The notes: generated by a model not told the origin, from the sequence alone. Positions 1-8,404 are shown, counted from the stretch's first letter. The stretch is 64,000 bases of DNA from an uncultured Syntrophomonadaceae bacterium (GCA_964463285.1 CAYXBB010000005.1:4256-68255), one strand, 5' to 3'. Numbers and translations: made by a program.

Positions 1-387
1 AAGGGAATCAGCAGGATTTGTATGGTGCTGGCATGGTGCTTGTATGGTGCTTGTATGCGAATACTCGGGAGCAGGTATTTCGCTATCCCTTTCATTCATG
101 TGTGGGTTCTGATGTTTCGTGAAGTTTATTACCTGAATATAGTCTTTGCCGTCTACCCGATAGCGGATAATAAACCCCTTATTTGCCAGTTGATTTAACA
201 GATCATCTGCATTACAATTGTCATAGGGTAATATTTCGGCTTTTATCCTTTTGGGGCGATCTTCAAGTCGCCCCTTTCTATCTGCTACACACCATAAACC
301 GGCAAATAAAATTCTCCCTAACGGTTCAACTTCTGCCAACTTATCATTCATAAAAAAGCCGGGTTTAATATTTCTCGACCGTGCCAA
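1..387 (-). CDS. Replication-initiator / replisome-organizer-like winged-helix protein of the integrated element (partial; C-terminal part lies beyond the window edge)
   Basis: Open frame from TTG at 385-387 (GGAGG 8 nt upstream) to position 1 with no stop. Translation begins LARSRNIKPGFFMNDKLAEVEPLGRILFAGLWCVADRKGRLEDRPKRIKAEILPYDN...KGFIIRYRVDGKDYIQVINFTKHQNPH, resembling the N-terminal winged-helix of phage/ICE replication proteins. Confidence 0.4.
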   Translation of the reverse strand, partial: MARSRNIKPGFFMNDKLAEVEPLGRILFAGLWCVADRKGRLEDRPKRIKAEILPYDNCNADDLLNQLANKGFIIRYRVDGKDYIQVINFTKHQNPHMNERDSEIPAPEYSHTSTIQAPCQHHTNPADSL

Positions 388-417
388 TATTTTCACCTCC
401 GATTAAACCTTCCATTC

Positions 418-624
418 TTAAATTGGCCTAGTCGCATTATGGTTTAGCCAATCTACAAGCCTGTCTCGCACTACAATAAGCCTTTTTTCACCAACCCTAA
501 CTGCCGGGAAATCCTTTTGTCGGGTTAGCCGGTAAACAACATTTTCCGATACCCCCAACAATTTAGCTGTTTCGCTCACGTTCAACGTCAAAGGTAATTC
601 TTTTAAATTCTTTGCTATATTCAA
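418..624 (-). CDS. Helix-turn-helix DNA-binding protein, excisionase/HTH_17-like (Xis or early regulator of the element)
   Basis: 68 aa, TTG start. AKLLGVSENVVYRLTRQKDFPAVRVGEKRLIVVRDRLVDWL is a typical excisionase-family HTH. Confidence 0.6.
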   Translation of the reverse strand: MNIAKNLKELPLTLNVSETAKLLGVSENVVYRLTRQKDFPAVRVGEKRLIVVRDRLVDWLNHNATRPI

Positions 625-658
625 TCACTTCACGCCCTTTCTAGTTGCTTTTAATACC

Positions 659-687
659 ATTATCACCCATATAAGAGCTACTGTCAA
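659..687 (-). promoter_or_regulatory. Sigma-A-type promoter driving the HTH gene (TTGACA-N17-GATAAT with a TG extended -10, read on the minus strand)
   Basis: Minus-strand reading gives TTGACAgtagctcttatatgggtGATAAT about 35 nt upstream of the TTG start. Confidence 0.4.
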
Positions 688-930
688 GTATGAACATATG
701 TCATAACATTGTAGTTACATTGTAATACATCGTAAAACATAGCAATTAATAATCTAGGTGGATAGTAGGCTATGTAAGGGTATCATGGCAAATTGACATA
801 GTGTTGACACACTAGGCATGCTAAAATAATGTTACATAAGGGGATAGATATCTTATGAGCTTAGCCATAAAGCCTTTTAATAAGGGGTTTTTAAACATAT
901 GGGGCATTAGAAGGAATGCCCATCTTGAAA

Positions 931-975
931 CTACGAATCAGGAGGTCGCAGGTTCAAATCCTGCCGGGCGTGCCA
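931..975 (+). other. 45-nt fragment of the 3' end of a tRNA-Arg(ACG)-like gene: anticodon loop through CCA, with no 5' half. Putative att core repeat of the integrated element
   Basis: CTACGAATCAGG-AGGTC-GCAGGTTCAAATCCTGC-CGGGCGT-G-CCA reads as anticodon-loop remnant, variable loop, T-arm, acceptor 3' strand, discriminator and CCA. No complementary 5' acceptor or D-arm lies upstream. Confidence 0.55.
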
Positions 976-1115
976 GGGGAACAGTCAAATTTCAGGTAAG
1001 ATGTTTGGCTGTTCCTTTTTTAATCGTAACCTTCCAATACTGCCGGCGCAGCACATTTACCGGAAAAATTGTTTAGGGAAAAAAGAGATCGGGGCATCCG
1101 GTTATTCAAGAGAGA

Positions 1116-2075
1116 TTGAAACGGGAACATTTTTTGTTTCCGGTAGTCTACCTAAAAAAAGGGGGAGATCGGGAAGTGATCACGCAATTTAAAAAGCACC
1201 TTTCCGGGAGGCTCGTTTTATTGCTGTTGGCGGCGTTGTTCTGCCTTACTTCGTGCAGTGCCCGGGAAAAAGCATCTGACTCCGCTTTTCCAAATTTCAA
1301 TTCTCCGGATCAAGAGGAGTCCGGGATAGAAGGTAGTGGCAGCGTTGAGGGCGCAAGCACCGTTCGCTATCGTATTCGCACCGGATCGTTGGATCTAACG
1401 GTTACCAGCACCCGGGAAACGGTAGAAAAAGTGCGGCAAATCATTGACGATACCGGGGGGTATATCAGCGACTCATATATCTACACTGTTAAAGAAAACC
1501 TTTATCATGCCAACCTGACCCTGCGGGTACCCGAAAATCGCTTTGACGCCGTCATGGAACAGCTTCGCGACTTAGGTAAATTTTCTGACGAACGAACCGG
1601 AAGCGATGATGTGACCATGCCCTACCTGGACCTGGAAGCACGCCTCAAGACCCTGGAGGCTCAGGAGGTGCGCCTGCGGGAACTCCTGGCCAGGGCTGAA
1701 TCGGTGGAGGATCTCCTAAACGTAGAGCGCGAACTGCAAATGGTGCGCCAGGAGATCGAATCTCTTTCTGCCCAATTTAAACATCTGCAGGATCAGGTGC
1801 GCTTTTCCACCATTTCTGTTAATCTGCGGGAAGAACAGATCACCGCCACCGCGATCACTTCGGCACCGTTTGCCCATCTGGGTGCTCGAATGAAGGAGGG
1901 GTTAGTGCACAGTATTAATTTTGTTCTGGCCGCCCTGGCCGGCATTATGGTGTTGCTGGTTTCTCTGTTGCCTGCGCTGATTGTTCTGGCCCTGATCGCC
2001 CTGATAATCCGGGTTATAATCATCCGCCTCAGGCGTTGGCGCCGCCCACCGCCCCCTTCTGCGGACGGGCAATAA
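1116..2075 (+). CDS. DUF4349-family lipoprotein (coiled-coil, C-terminal TM anchor)
   Basis: Lipobox LFCLTSC. The likelier start is GTG at 1176, giving signal VITQFKKHLSGRLVLLLLAALFCLTSC. Coiled-coil EARLKTLEAQEVRLRELLARAESVEDLLNVERELQ and the C-terminal hydrophobic helices match the DUF4349 pattern. Confidence 0.55.
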   Translation: MKREHFLFPVVYLKKGGDREVITQFKKHLSGRLVLLLLAALFCLTSCSAREKASDSAFPNFNSPDQEESGIEGSGSVEGASTVRYRIRTGSLDLTVTSTRETVEKVRQIIDDTGGYISDSYIYTVKENLYHANLTLRVPENRFDAVMEQLRDLGKFSDERTGSDDVTMPYLDLEARLKTLEAQEVRLRELLARAESVEDLLNVERELQMVRQEIESLSAQFKHLQDQVRFSTISVNLREEQITATAITSAPFAHLGARMKEGLVHSINFVLAALAGIMVLLVSLLPALIVLALIALIIRVIIIRLRRWRRPPPPSADGQ

Positions 2076-2280
2076 TTTAAAATTTTCGCCTACCCGGCAG
2101 CAATTATTTCATATGGTCATGGAACTATGGATTGCACTGCCAGTTTGGATCTTTCATGCACTATCTTATTCCGCGGGTTCACCAAGAGCATTGCGGTGAA
2201 AAATTTGAACACCCCGGTATCGAGTATGCTTCCTTATTGGCTTCCGGGAAAGGTATTTTTTTGATATAACTGGGGAAGAG

Positions 2281-2928
2281 GTGAGAGACATGTTCCCATA
2301 TCATTTGCCTAGAAACAAAAATTTGGGGATCTTAATTGTGATAAGTATGATTATAGCGATCGGCCTGTTTTCCGGTTGTGAGCTGCCCAAGAGCGATTTT
2401 GAGGAGGCCTCAGGTCGGGAAGAAGAGAGCAAAATCGATGCCGGACCGCAGGAAGCCAGGGAAGATGGCTTAGATGACATATCCTCCGGCAACACTCTCT
2501 GCCCGGGACCCTTCGATGATCCAATTTTAAAATATCTGGGAGTAGAAAAACATAAAATACTAACCGAATATGGAAATCCCGAAGATACCGGTTACTACGG
2601 GGGAGGTTTTTATTTAAATTATAAAGGCAACGCCGGGTTGATTTTCTTTTTTCCTTCAGAACATGATGATAATAGCCCTGTTTCTAGTCTAGGGGTTATG
2701 CGGGGAGATATCATGGGTGTTCGAATAGGGGATACTTTCTCAGAAATAAGGTCAGTTTGGGGCGAGCCGATAGGAATCGAATATGACGAGGTGGAAAGTC
2801 AGCAATGGGGGCTTTTTTATTCGTTTGAGAACACAGAAAATGGAACCCCTGATTCTTCAATTTGGGTGACTTTTTTCGCCGAAAGCAGGGAAAGCCCCAC
2901 CAATTATGTTTTGATTAAACGAGAATAG
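2281..2928 (+). CDS. Hypothetical secreted lipoprotein
   Basis: N-terminal signal with lipobox LFSGC. Acidic linker followed by a beta-rich C-terminal domain. No family recognised. Confidence 0.5.
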   Translation: MRDMFPYHLPRNKNLGILIVISMIIAIGLFSGCELPKSDFEEASGREEESKIDAGPQEAREDGLDDISSGNTLCPGPFDDPILKYLGVEKHKILTEYGNPEDTGYYGGGFYLNYKGNAGLIFFFPSEHDDNSPVSSLGVMRGDIMGVRIGDTFSEIRSVWGEPIGIEYDEVESQQWGLFYSFENTENGTPDSSIWVTFFAESRESPTNYVLIKRE

Positions 2929-3350
2929 CAGTACTGATTAAAGAGACTGGTTTTGTGTATTATGCCGGCTTTAGCAATGGCCGGATCTGATGCGAAATTT
3001 AGCTTGCTTCGTTTAACCGGGGGCAAAATAATTCTTACCTGCCCGGGTATGAGTATTCTAAATTTACAATAAACCCAAATGCAGGACCTAGCATAGCAAT
3101 AAAAGTGTCATGGCCTCCCCATTTACTGATTTCCTCAATTTAGAGAATTTATTGCATAGATTTCCCATTTATGAGAACAAATTTATAGATTCGTTTCTAC
3201 CCAGAAACGAATTATCTGCTTAAAAGGTGCTTACAGGAAGGTTTCTTCGATAAATACTGATACCTTGCACAATATTGGCATTAATATTGCAACTTTATAA
3301 ATCTTGTAACATTAGGCAATCTCGAAATCCCAACAAGAAAGGTTAATTAT

Positions 3351-3378
3351 TTGACAGCACACCGGGAGATGGTAAAAT
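3351..3378 (+). promoter_or_regulatory. Sigma-A promoter TTGACA-N16-TAAAAT (TG extended -10) upstream of the paired transporter genes
   Basis: ttgacagcacaccgggagatggtaaaat. About 125-nt leader before the ATG at 3506. Confidence 0.5.
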
Positions 3379-3505
3379 GCTGCAAATTGAAAATTTTGCT
3401 TTATTCCCGATTGCCTTTTATAGTTTAGAAAACAAAAATGAAGGAGGAGAATGGGGACGTGATAAAATCGCGAAAGAAAGCTCTTGACTACGCAAATGAG
3501 ATCTT

Positions 3506-3937
3506 ATGAAACGATATTCTTATTATTACCCGGTTATTCTTATAATTTTATCAAATGTACTGTACGATATTTCTGCAAAGGCTTTTCCCGAAGAGTTAAA
3601 CGCACAGGCAGGATTGACGGCTTACTACATAATTGCCGCGATTGTTTCTTTAGCGCTGTTCTACTTGACCAGTGAGGTTAAGAATTTACCGCAGGAGTTC
3701 AAAAAAATCAATTGGGCGATTTTTACACTTGCGCTAGGCTGCACCGGTATTGATCTTGGGTATGTTTTGTTATTCAGGGCAGGCTGGAACATCAGCTACG
3801 GATCATTGGTATGCAATATTATGGTTGCCATTGCGCTCATTCTGGTTGGCAAAATATTTTTTCATGAATATCTCAATAAATACCATCTGATCGGTATATC
3901 GTTATGCCTGACTGGGTTTGCACTGATTAATATGTAG
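3506..3937 (+). CDS. Half-size EamA/DMT-like small membrane protein (4-5 TM), first of a tandem paralogous pair
   Basis: 143 aa. Shared motif with the next gene (VxYDISxKxxPEGLNA... and GxxxLFRxGWNIS). Hydrophobic helices throughout. Confidence 0.55.
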   Translation: MKRYSYYYPVILIILSNVLYDISAKAFPEELNAQAGLTAYYIIAAIVSLALFYLTSEVKNLPQEFKKINWAIFTLALGCTGIDLGYVLLFRAGWNISYGSLVCNIMVAIALILVGKIFFHEYLNKYHLIGISLCLTGFALINM

Positions 3938-3947
3938 GGGGAGCGCT

Positions 3948-4427
3948 ATGTTCTGGTTATATTTACCTGTTTTAATCGTAGTTTCGGCAAATGTTACATA
4001 TGATATCAGTTCCAAATCGATTCCCGAAGGGCTAAATGCTTATGCCGGGATTACAATTACCTATTCTATTTTGGCAATCTTTAATTACCTGGTATTTAAG
4101 GTTATGAATCCGGAAATCCCAATTATTGTTGAGTGGACCCAGGTTAATTGGGCTGTCATATTGTTTGCTTTAACTTCGGTCGGCATCGAAATCGGCTATA
4201 TATCTCTTTTCAGAGTAGGTTGGAACATCAGCCTGGGGGGAATGGTATGTAATACCTTACTGGCAGTCTGCATGCTGCTGGTAGGGCGCTTCCTGTTCAG
4301 TGAGGCCGTTTCTCTAATACAGTTTCTAGGGGTCATTCTTTGTGTTACAGGGTTGATTATTATTAACCGGGCGGGTTTCAAGGAGGAACCCCAGGAGGAA
4401 ATAGAGATCAAAGAAGGATACATATAG
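3948..4427 (+). CDS. Half-size EamA/DMT-like small membrane protein, second of the pair (probable heterodimeric transporter, ArnE/ArnF- or SMR-like arrangement)
   Basis: 159 aa paralog of 3506..3937, 10 nt downstream. Same motifs. Confidence 0.55.
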   Translation: MFWLYLPVLIVVSANVTYDISSKSIPEGLNAYAGITITYSILAIFNYLVFKVMNPEIPIIVEWTQVNWAVILFALTSVGIEIGYISLFRVGWNISLGGMVCNTLLAVCMLLVGRFLFSEAVSLIQFLGVILCVTGLIIINRAGFKEEPQEEIEIKEGYI

Positions 4428-4594
4428 AGCTTCTTGCGGGTTGAATTATCCGGCAGCTAAAATGAAAGGTTGATAATAGTTTGTCAAAGCGAAACCGGGC
4501 CTTTGTAAAACATTAATCTATTTGTATTGGAAATAACTACAAGGCAAGTCCGGGGTGTAAATCATACAGATCATACTCAGTCGACCTTCCTAAA

Positions 4595-5080
4595 ATGGTC
4601 TATAATAATCACATGGACAATCATCAGCAAATAAATGATACTCGCTATATGGAGATAGCCCTGGCACAGGCCCAGGAGGCCTTCCGTCGCGGGGAAATTC
4701 CGGTAGGGGCAGCCCTGATAAAAGGGGATAGGGTGCTGGCTGTCTCCGGGAACCGCTGTGAAGAACTTAAGGATGCCACCGCCCATGCGGAAATTCTGGC
4801 CCTTCGGGAAGCGGGCCGGATACTTGGCGGCTGGCGCCTGGATGGGAGCACTCTTTATGTGACCCTGGAGCCCTGCCCCATGTGCGCCGGGGCGTTGGTT
4901 CAGGCCCGGGTGGGGCGGCTGGTTTACGGGGCGACCGATCCCAAGGGCGGGGCCGCCGGGACTCTTTACGACATCGTTCAGGATGAGCGGCTTAACCACC
5001 GACTGGAGGTTACCGCCGGGGTGCTGGAAGAACGATGCGCGGAAATGTTAAAGGAATTTTTTTGCCGGCGGAGGAAGTAA
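4595..5080 (+). CDS. tadA: tRNA-specific adenosine(34) deaminase
   Basis: HAEILALREAG...LYVTLEPCPMCAGAL is the CDA zinc motif. Position upstream of scr-dnaX as in B. subtilis. The start may be an internal M. Confidence 0.9.
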   Translation: MVYNNHMDNHQQINDTRYMEIALAQAQEAFRRGEIPVGAALIKGDRVLAVSGNRCEELKDATAHAEILALREAGRILGGWRLDGSTLYVTLEPCPMCAGALVQARVGRLVYGATDPKGGAAGTLYDIVQDERLNHRLEVTAGVLEERCAEMLKEFFCRRRK

Positions 5081-5222
5081 GGCGTGCCGGCCAATTTCAT
5101 CAAAAACCTGGCGGCGGCGATACTTTTCAACATTGTCTAGGCGGGGCGGCTAAACTACCTCCTGGTGGATGCTTTACAAACCGGTGTTCCCGGTTTTATA
5201 ATAGTGTAGTTTAATGTGGTGC

Positions 5223-5317
5223 GGAGAGATGGCCGAGTCCGGTTGAAGGCGCTCGACTCGAAATCGAGTAGGGGGTGATGAGCCTCCTCGTGGGTTCGAA
5301 TCCCACTCTCTCCGCCA
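5223..5317 (+). tRNA. tRNA-Ser(CGA), type II with long variable arm, CCA encoded
   Basis: GGAGAGA acceptor pairs with TCTCTCC. Anticodon stem CTCGA/TCGAG with loop CTCGAAA gives anticodon CGA. T-arm GTGGGTTCGAATCCCAC. Ends GCCA. Confidence 0.9.
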
Positions 5318-5446
5318 GTATGTTATATCCCCCAATAATTTGTGAAGCAAACAGATCCTAGGGAAGGTTTATCCATGCTTAAAGGTGAATATGTTCTAGG
5401 AAAACCGATGGTTTTAAGAATTTAAAAATAAGGGGAGGTTGCAGTT

Positions 5447-5752
5447 ATGCCCGATTTTGGACATCCTTTTTCTGGTCTGGCCAAGGATCGCAAGCTCAGT
5501 GAGCAGGAATTGATCAGGGCGATTCGGTTTATGATTGCTGCGGAGTACGAAGCGGTTCAGCTTTACATGCAGCTGGCAGAGTCCACGGATAACAAGTTGG
5601 CGATCGAGGTTTTAAAAGATATTGCCGATGAGGAAAGGGTCCACGCCGGCGAATTTTTAAGACTGCTCCAGGAACTCGATCCCGATGAAGAAAAATTCTA
5701 TGCCGAGGGCGCCGAAGAGGTAGAAGAGGAGATCGAAAAGCTAAAGGGGTAG
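5447..5752 (+). CDS. Ferritin-like/rubrerythrin-like small protein resembling encapsulated ferritin (EncFtn/Flp) cargo; no encapsulin shell gene nearby
   Basis: 101 aa. EYEAVQLY and DEERVHAGEF (ExxH) di-iron ligand motifs. Overall resemblance to the Thermotoga Flp / EncFtn family. Strong RBS AAGGGGAGG. Confidence 0.55.
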   Translation: MPDFGHPFSGLAKDRKLSEQELIRAIRFMIAAEYEAVQLYMQLAESTDNKLAIEVLKDIADEERVHAGEFLRLLQELDPDEEKFYAEGAEEVEEEIEKLKG

Positions 5753-5958
5753 ACTAAATTCTTTGTGATAATCCCGGCATGAAATCGGCTGCATTTTGTC
5801 CTCCTTTCACTGATATACTCGTTCCGCAGGCTGCTGCAGAGATTGAATAACCGGGGAATAACGTGTATAATATGCTTGCGGTTTGTAGCGGGTAATGTTT
5901 TTTGCGACCAGGGCAAATTTAAATATATATTACAAATTGGTAATTGACCTATGGGCAG

Positions 5959-6054
5959 GGAGAGATGGCTGAGCTGGTCGAAGGCGCTCGCCTGGAAAGC
6001 GAGTAGATGGGGCAAAACCTCGTCTCGAGGGTTCGAATCCCTCTCTCTCCGCCA
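5959..6054 (+). tRNA. tRNA-Ser(GGA), type II, CCA encoded
   Basis: GGAGAGA...TCTCTCC acceptor. Anticodon stem CTCGC/GCGAG with loop CTGGAAA gives GGA. T-arm GAGGGTTCGAATCCCTC. Confidence 0.9.
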
Positions 6055-6065
6055 TTTTTATATTT

Positions 6066-6336
6066 GGCCGTGCTAGATGGGGAGATAGCGGTGCCCTGAA
6101 CCCGCAATCCGCTATAGCGGGATTGAATTCCTGCCCCCGGCTTTTCTGTCTCCAGGGCTGTGCCGGGCAAGCAGGTTAGGAAATCCCGGTCCTGTGCGGC
6201 GCAAGTTCATGAACCCCGTCAGGTCCGGAAGGAAGCAGCGGTAAATGAATCCTTGCGGGTGCCACAGGGTTGCCGGGACGGAGCTTGTTTCCCGGTTTAC
6301 GACTGGGGGTAGAAAGTCAAAGGCAGGTGCACGGCC
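6066..6336 (+). ncRNA. ffs: Signal recognition particle RNA, long Bacillus-type scRNA/ffs (~271 nt, with Alu domain)
   Basis: 5' GGCCGTGCTAGATGGGGAGATAGCGGTGCCCTG and 3' GGTGCACGGCC ends closely match B. subtilis scRNA. Conserved helix-8 motif CAGGTCCGGAAGGAAGCAGC at 6220-6239. Position between tadA and dnaX as in Bacillus. Confidence 0.9.
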
Positions 6337-6365
6337 AATAATTTTGCCTAATTTTAATTTTTAGG

Positions 6366-8054
6366 GTGGATAATATCATGTTTTACCGTAGTCTTTACCG
6401 GCGGCAGCGGCCGGAAAAATTTAGCCGGATGGTAGGGCAGGAACATGTTTCCCGTACCTTAAGCCAGGCCCTATCTCAAGGAAGGATAGCCCACGCTTAC
6501 CTGTTCTGCGGGCCGCGGGGGACAGGAAAAACCACCGCTGCAAAAATTCTTGCCCGGGCGCTGAATTGTGATCACTATCCCGCTCCGGAACCCTGTGGGC
6601 AGTGCCGGTCCTGTCAAAATATCCTGGCTGGAATTTCCTTGGATGTGTTGGAGATGGACGCCGCCTCCAACCGAGGAATAGATGAGATCCGGGAACTTCG
6701 CGAACGCACCCGCTACGCTACCAGCGAAGGCCGGTTCAAGGTCTATATAATTGATGAAGCCCACATGCTCACTACCGAGGCCTTTAATGCTTTTTTGAAA
6801 ACCCTGGAGGAACCTCCCCCCGGGGTGGTGTTTGTACTGGCTACCACTGATCCCTCTCGCCTGCCTCGCACCATTATCTCCCGTTGCCAGCGTTTTAATT
6901 TTCATCTGTTAACTGAAGATCAGATCTACCGGCGTCTGGAAGAGGTGGCTGCCGGGGAGGGCTGGAAAGCCGAACCGGAAGCGTTGCATGTGATCGCTTA
7001 CCTGGCGGAGGGCTCCATGCGCGATGCCCTGGGCCTTCTGGAACAGGCCCAGCCATACCGGGAGGGAGAGCTTATCACTGCCGAACATGTCCGGCGAATT
7101 ACCGGGGCTACAAGAAAAGAAAGCCTGATGGTGCTGATGGAATCGATGGCTGGAAATGACCTGGCCGGGGTACTCTCCGTGTTACAGGAGGTGGTTTCCG
7201 GAGGTGGGGACCTGGCCCTGCTGCTAAAGGATCTTACCTACTGTTTGAGCCGGTTATTATTACCCGTGGATGCCGAACCCTCCTTAAACGGCAGTGAATA
7301 CGGTTTTGACCGGCTGGTATATAACTTGAGGGGAAAATTCTCTCGGGAAGGGGTAATGGAGGCGGTAGAGCTGCTGCACCAAGCTAATATAGAATTGAGG
7401 CAGGGGTTCTCCCCCCAGTTTACCTTGGAAATGGCGCTGATCAGATTGCTGCGGGTTCTTCATCATCTGCCGCGGGAGGATGCACTTTCCGGGGCTCCGA
7501 CAACCCCTGCATCCGGAGAACCGAAGCCGGATTTAAAACAGCCTGAGACCAAGGTTTCACACGGAACCGCTGTCAGATCGCCGGATAAACCTATTTCAAC
7601 CGTAATGAACCATCAGGCTCCGGAAAATACCGCACCGGCAGCCCGGCAGGAAGAGCAGCCGGTTGGAGAGCGGTTGTCGATAATTAAGCAGAAATGGTCG
7701 CAGATTCTGGCCGGGGCCAATAAAAAACAAAAAAGTACCGGGGCGCTGCTGGCGCAGTCCACTCCGGTTGATTGCCGTGGCAACTGTATTCTTTTTTCAT
7801 TTGAAGCCGGCCAGGCCATTCTTGGGGAGCGGATTATGGAGGCCAAGCACCGGAAAATAATCGAAGAGGTGCTTTCCCGGTTACTGTCTACCCCGGTGCA
7901 TATTGGTATCGGTTATATCCAGGAAGCGGAACGAACTGCCGGAAAAACGACCTCCGGCCTGGAACAATCCGGGCCGCCGCAGGCGGATCTGGTGGAAGAG
8001 GCCGCGCGCATGTTTAATGGGAAAATATTTGAGGTGGACAAAAGGGAGGATTAA
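6366..8054 (+). CDS. dnaX: DNA polymerase III subunit gamma/tau
   Basis: AAA+ Walker A GPRGTGKTT. CxxC zinc module. Conserved position. Confidence 0.95.
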   Translation: MDNIMFYRSLYRRQRPEKFSRMVGQEHVSRTLSQALSQGRIAHAYLFCGPRGTGKTTAAKILARALNCDHYPAPEPCGQCRSCQNILAGISLDVLEMDAASNRGIDEIRELRERTRYATSEGRFKVYIIDEAHMLTTEAFNAFLKTLEEPPPGVVFVLATTDPSRLPRTIISRCQRFNFHLLTEDQIYRRLEEVAAGEGWKAEPEALHVIAYLAEGSMRDALGLLEQAQPYREGELITAEHVRRITGATRKESLMVLMESMAGNDLAGVLSVLQEVVSGGGDLALLLKDLTYCLSRLLLPVDAEPSLNGSEYGFDRLVYNLRGKFSREGVMEAVELLHQANIELRQGFSPQFTLEMALIRLLRVLHHLPREDALSGAPTTPASGEPKPDLKQPETKVSHGTAVRSPDKPISTVMNHQAPENTAPAARQEEQPVGERLSIIKQKWSQILAGANKKQKSTGALLAQSTPVDCRGNCILFSFEAGQAILGERIMEAKHRKIIEEVLSRLLSTPVHIGIGYIQEAERTAGKTTSGLEQSGPPQADLVEEAARMFNGKIFEVDKRED

Positions 8055-8059
8055 CAGAT

Positions 8060-8383
8060 ATGCCCAACGGTGGCGGAATGAGCAAGTTAATGAAACAATT
8101 GCAAAAAGCCCAGGCCAGGATGGCCCAACTTCAGGAGGAGTTGTCCGAGAAAACCATAGAGTTTTCCAGCGGGGGCGGGGCGGTACGGGTGGTGGTTAAC
8201 GGCAAAAAGGAGCTGTTATCACTGGATATTGACCCGGAAATGTTAGCTGAAGATAACTGCGAAATACTACAGGATGCTATTTTGGCAGCGGTAAATGAGG
8301 CTTTCCGGCAGATTGATGAACTGGTTAATTCCGAGATTGGCAAACTAACCGGGGGGATGAACCTTCCCCCGATGGGGTTATAG
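8060..8383 (+). CDS. ybaB: Nucleoid-associated protein YbaB/EbfC (YaaK)
   Basis: About 100 aa with MSKLMKQLQKAQARMAQLQEEL. Between dnaX and recR. Confidence 0.9.
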   Translation: MPNGGGMSKLMKQLQKAQARMAQLQEELSEKTIEFSSGGGAVRVVVNGKKELLSLDIDPEMLAEDNCEILQDAILAAVNEAFRQIDELVNSEIGKLTGGMNLPPMGL

Positions 8384-8404
8384 TAATATGGGGAGAGATC
8401 AATA

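Larger units (their letters stand above)
1..975. mobile_element. Right end of an integrated element (prophage/ICE/IME-like), continuing beyond the left window edge and bounded on the right by a partial tRNA 3' repeat
   Basis: HTH/excisionase-family gene plus replication-initiator-like gene on the minus strand. AT-rich regulatory spacer. A 3' tRNA fragment with no 5' half at 931-975. Ordinary chromosomal genes begin immediately after. Confidence 0.5.

Noticed and set aside
855-1192. ORF-track frames 855..1076(+) and 1001..1192(+)
   Set aside because: They overlap the tRNA 3' fragment and the leader of the DUF4349 gene. No RBS, low-complexity translation. Treated as non-coding.
3380-3505. Guanidine riboswitch (ykkC, mini-ykkC, ykkC-III) upstream of the paired small transporters
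   Set aside because: Only a lone GGGGACGTG element. No ACGR-loop hairpin pair or ykkC core motifs could be recognised by eye. Left as a suggestion for an Infernal scan, not called.
5698-6170. Minus-strand ORFs 5698..6015 and 5949..6170
   Set aside because: They lie antisense across tRNA-Ser(GGA) and the 5' half of the SRP RNA. Artefacts of structured RNA genes.
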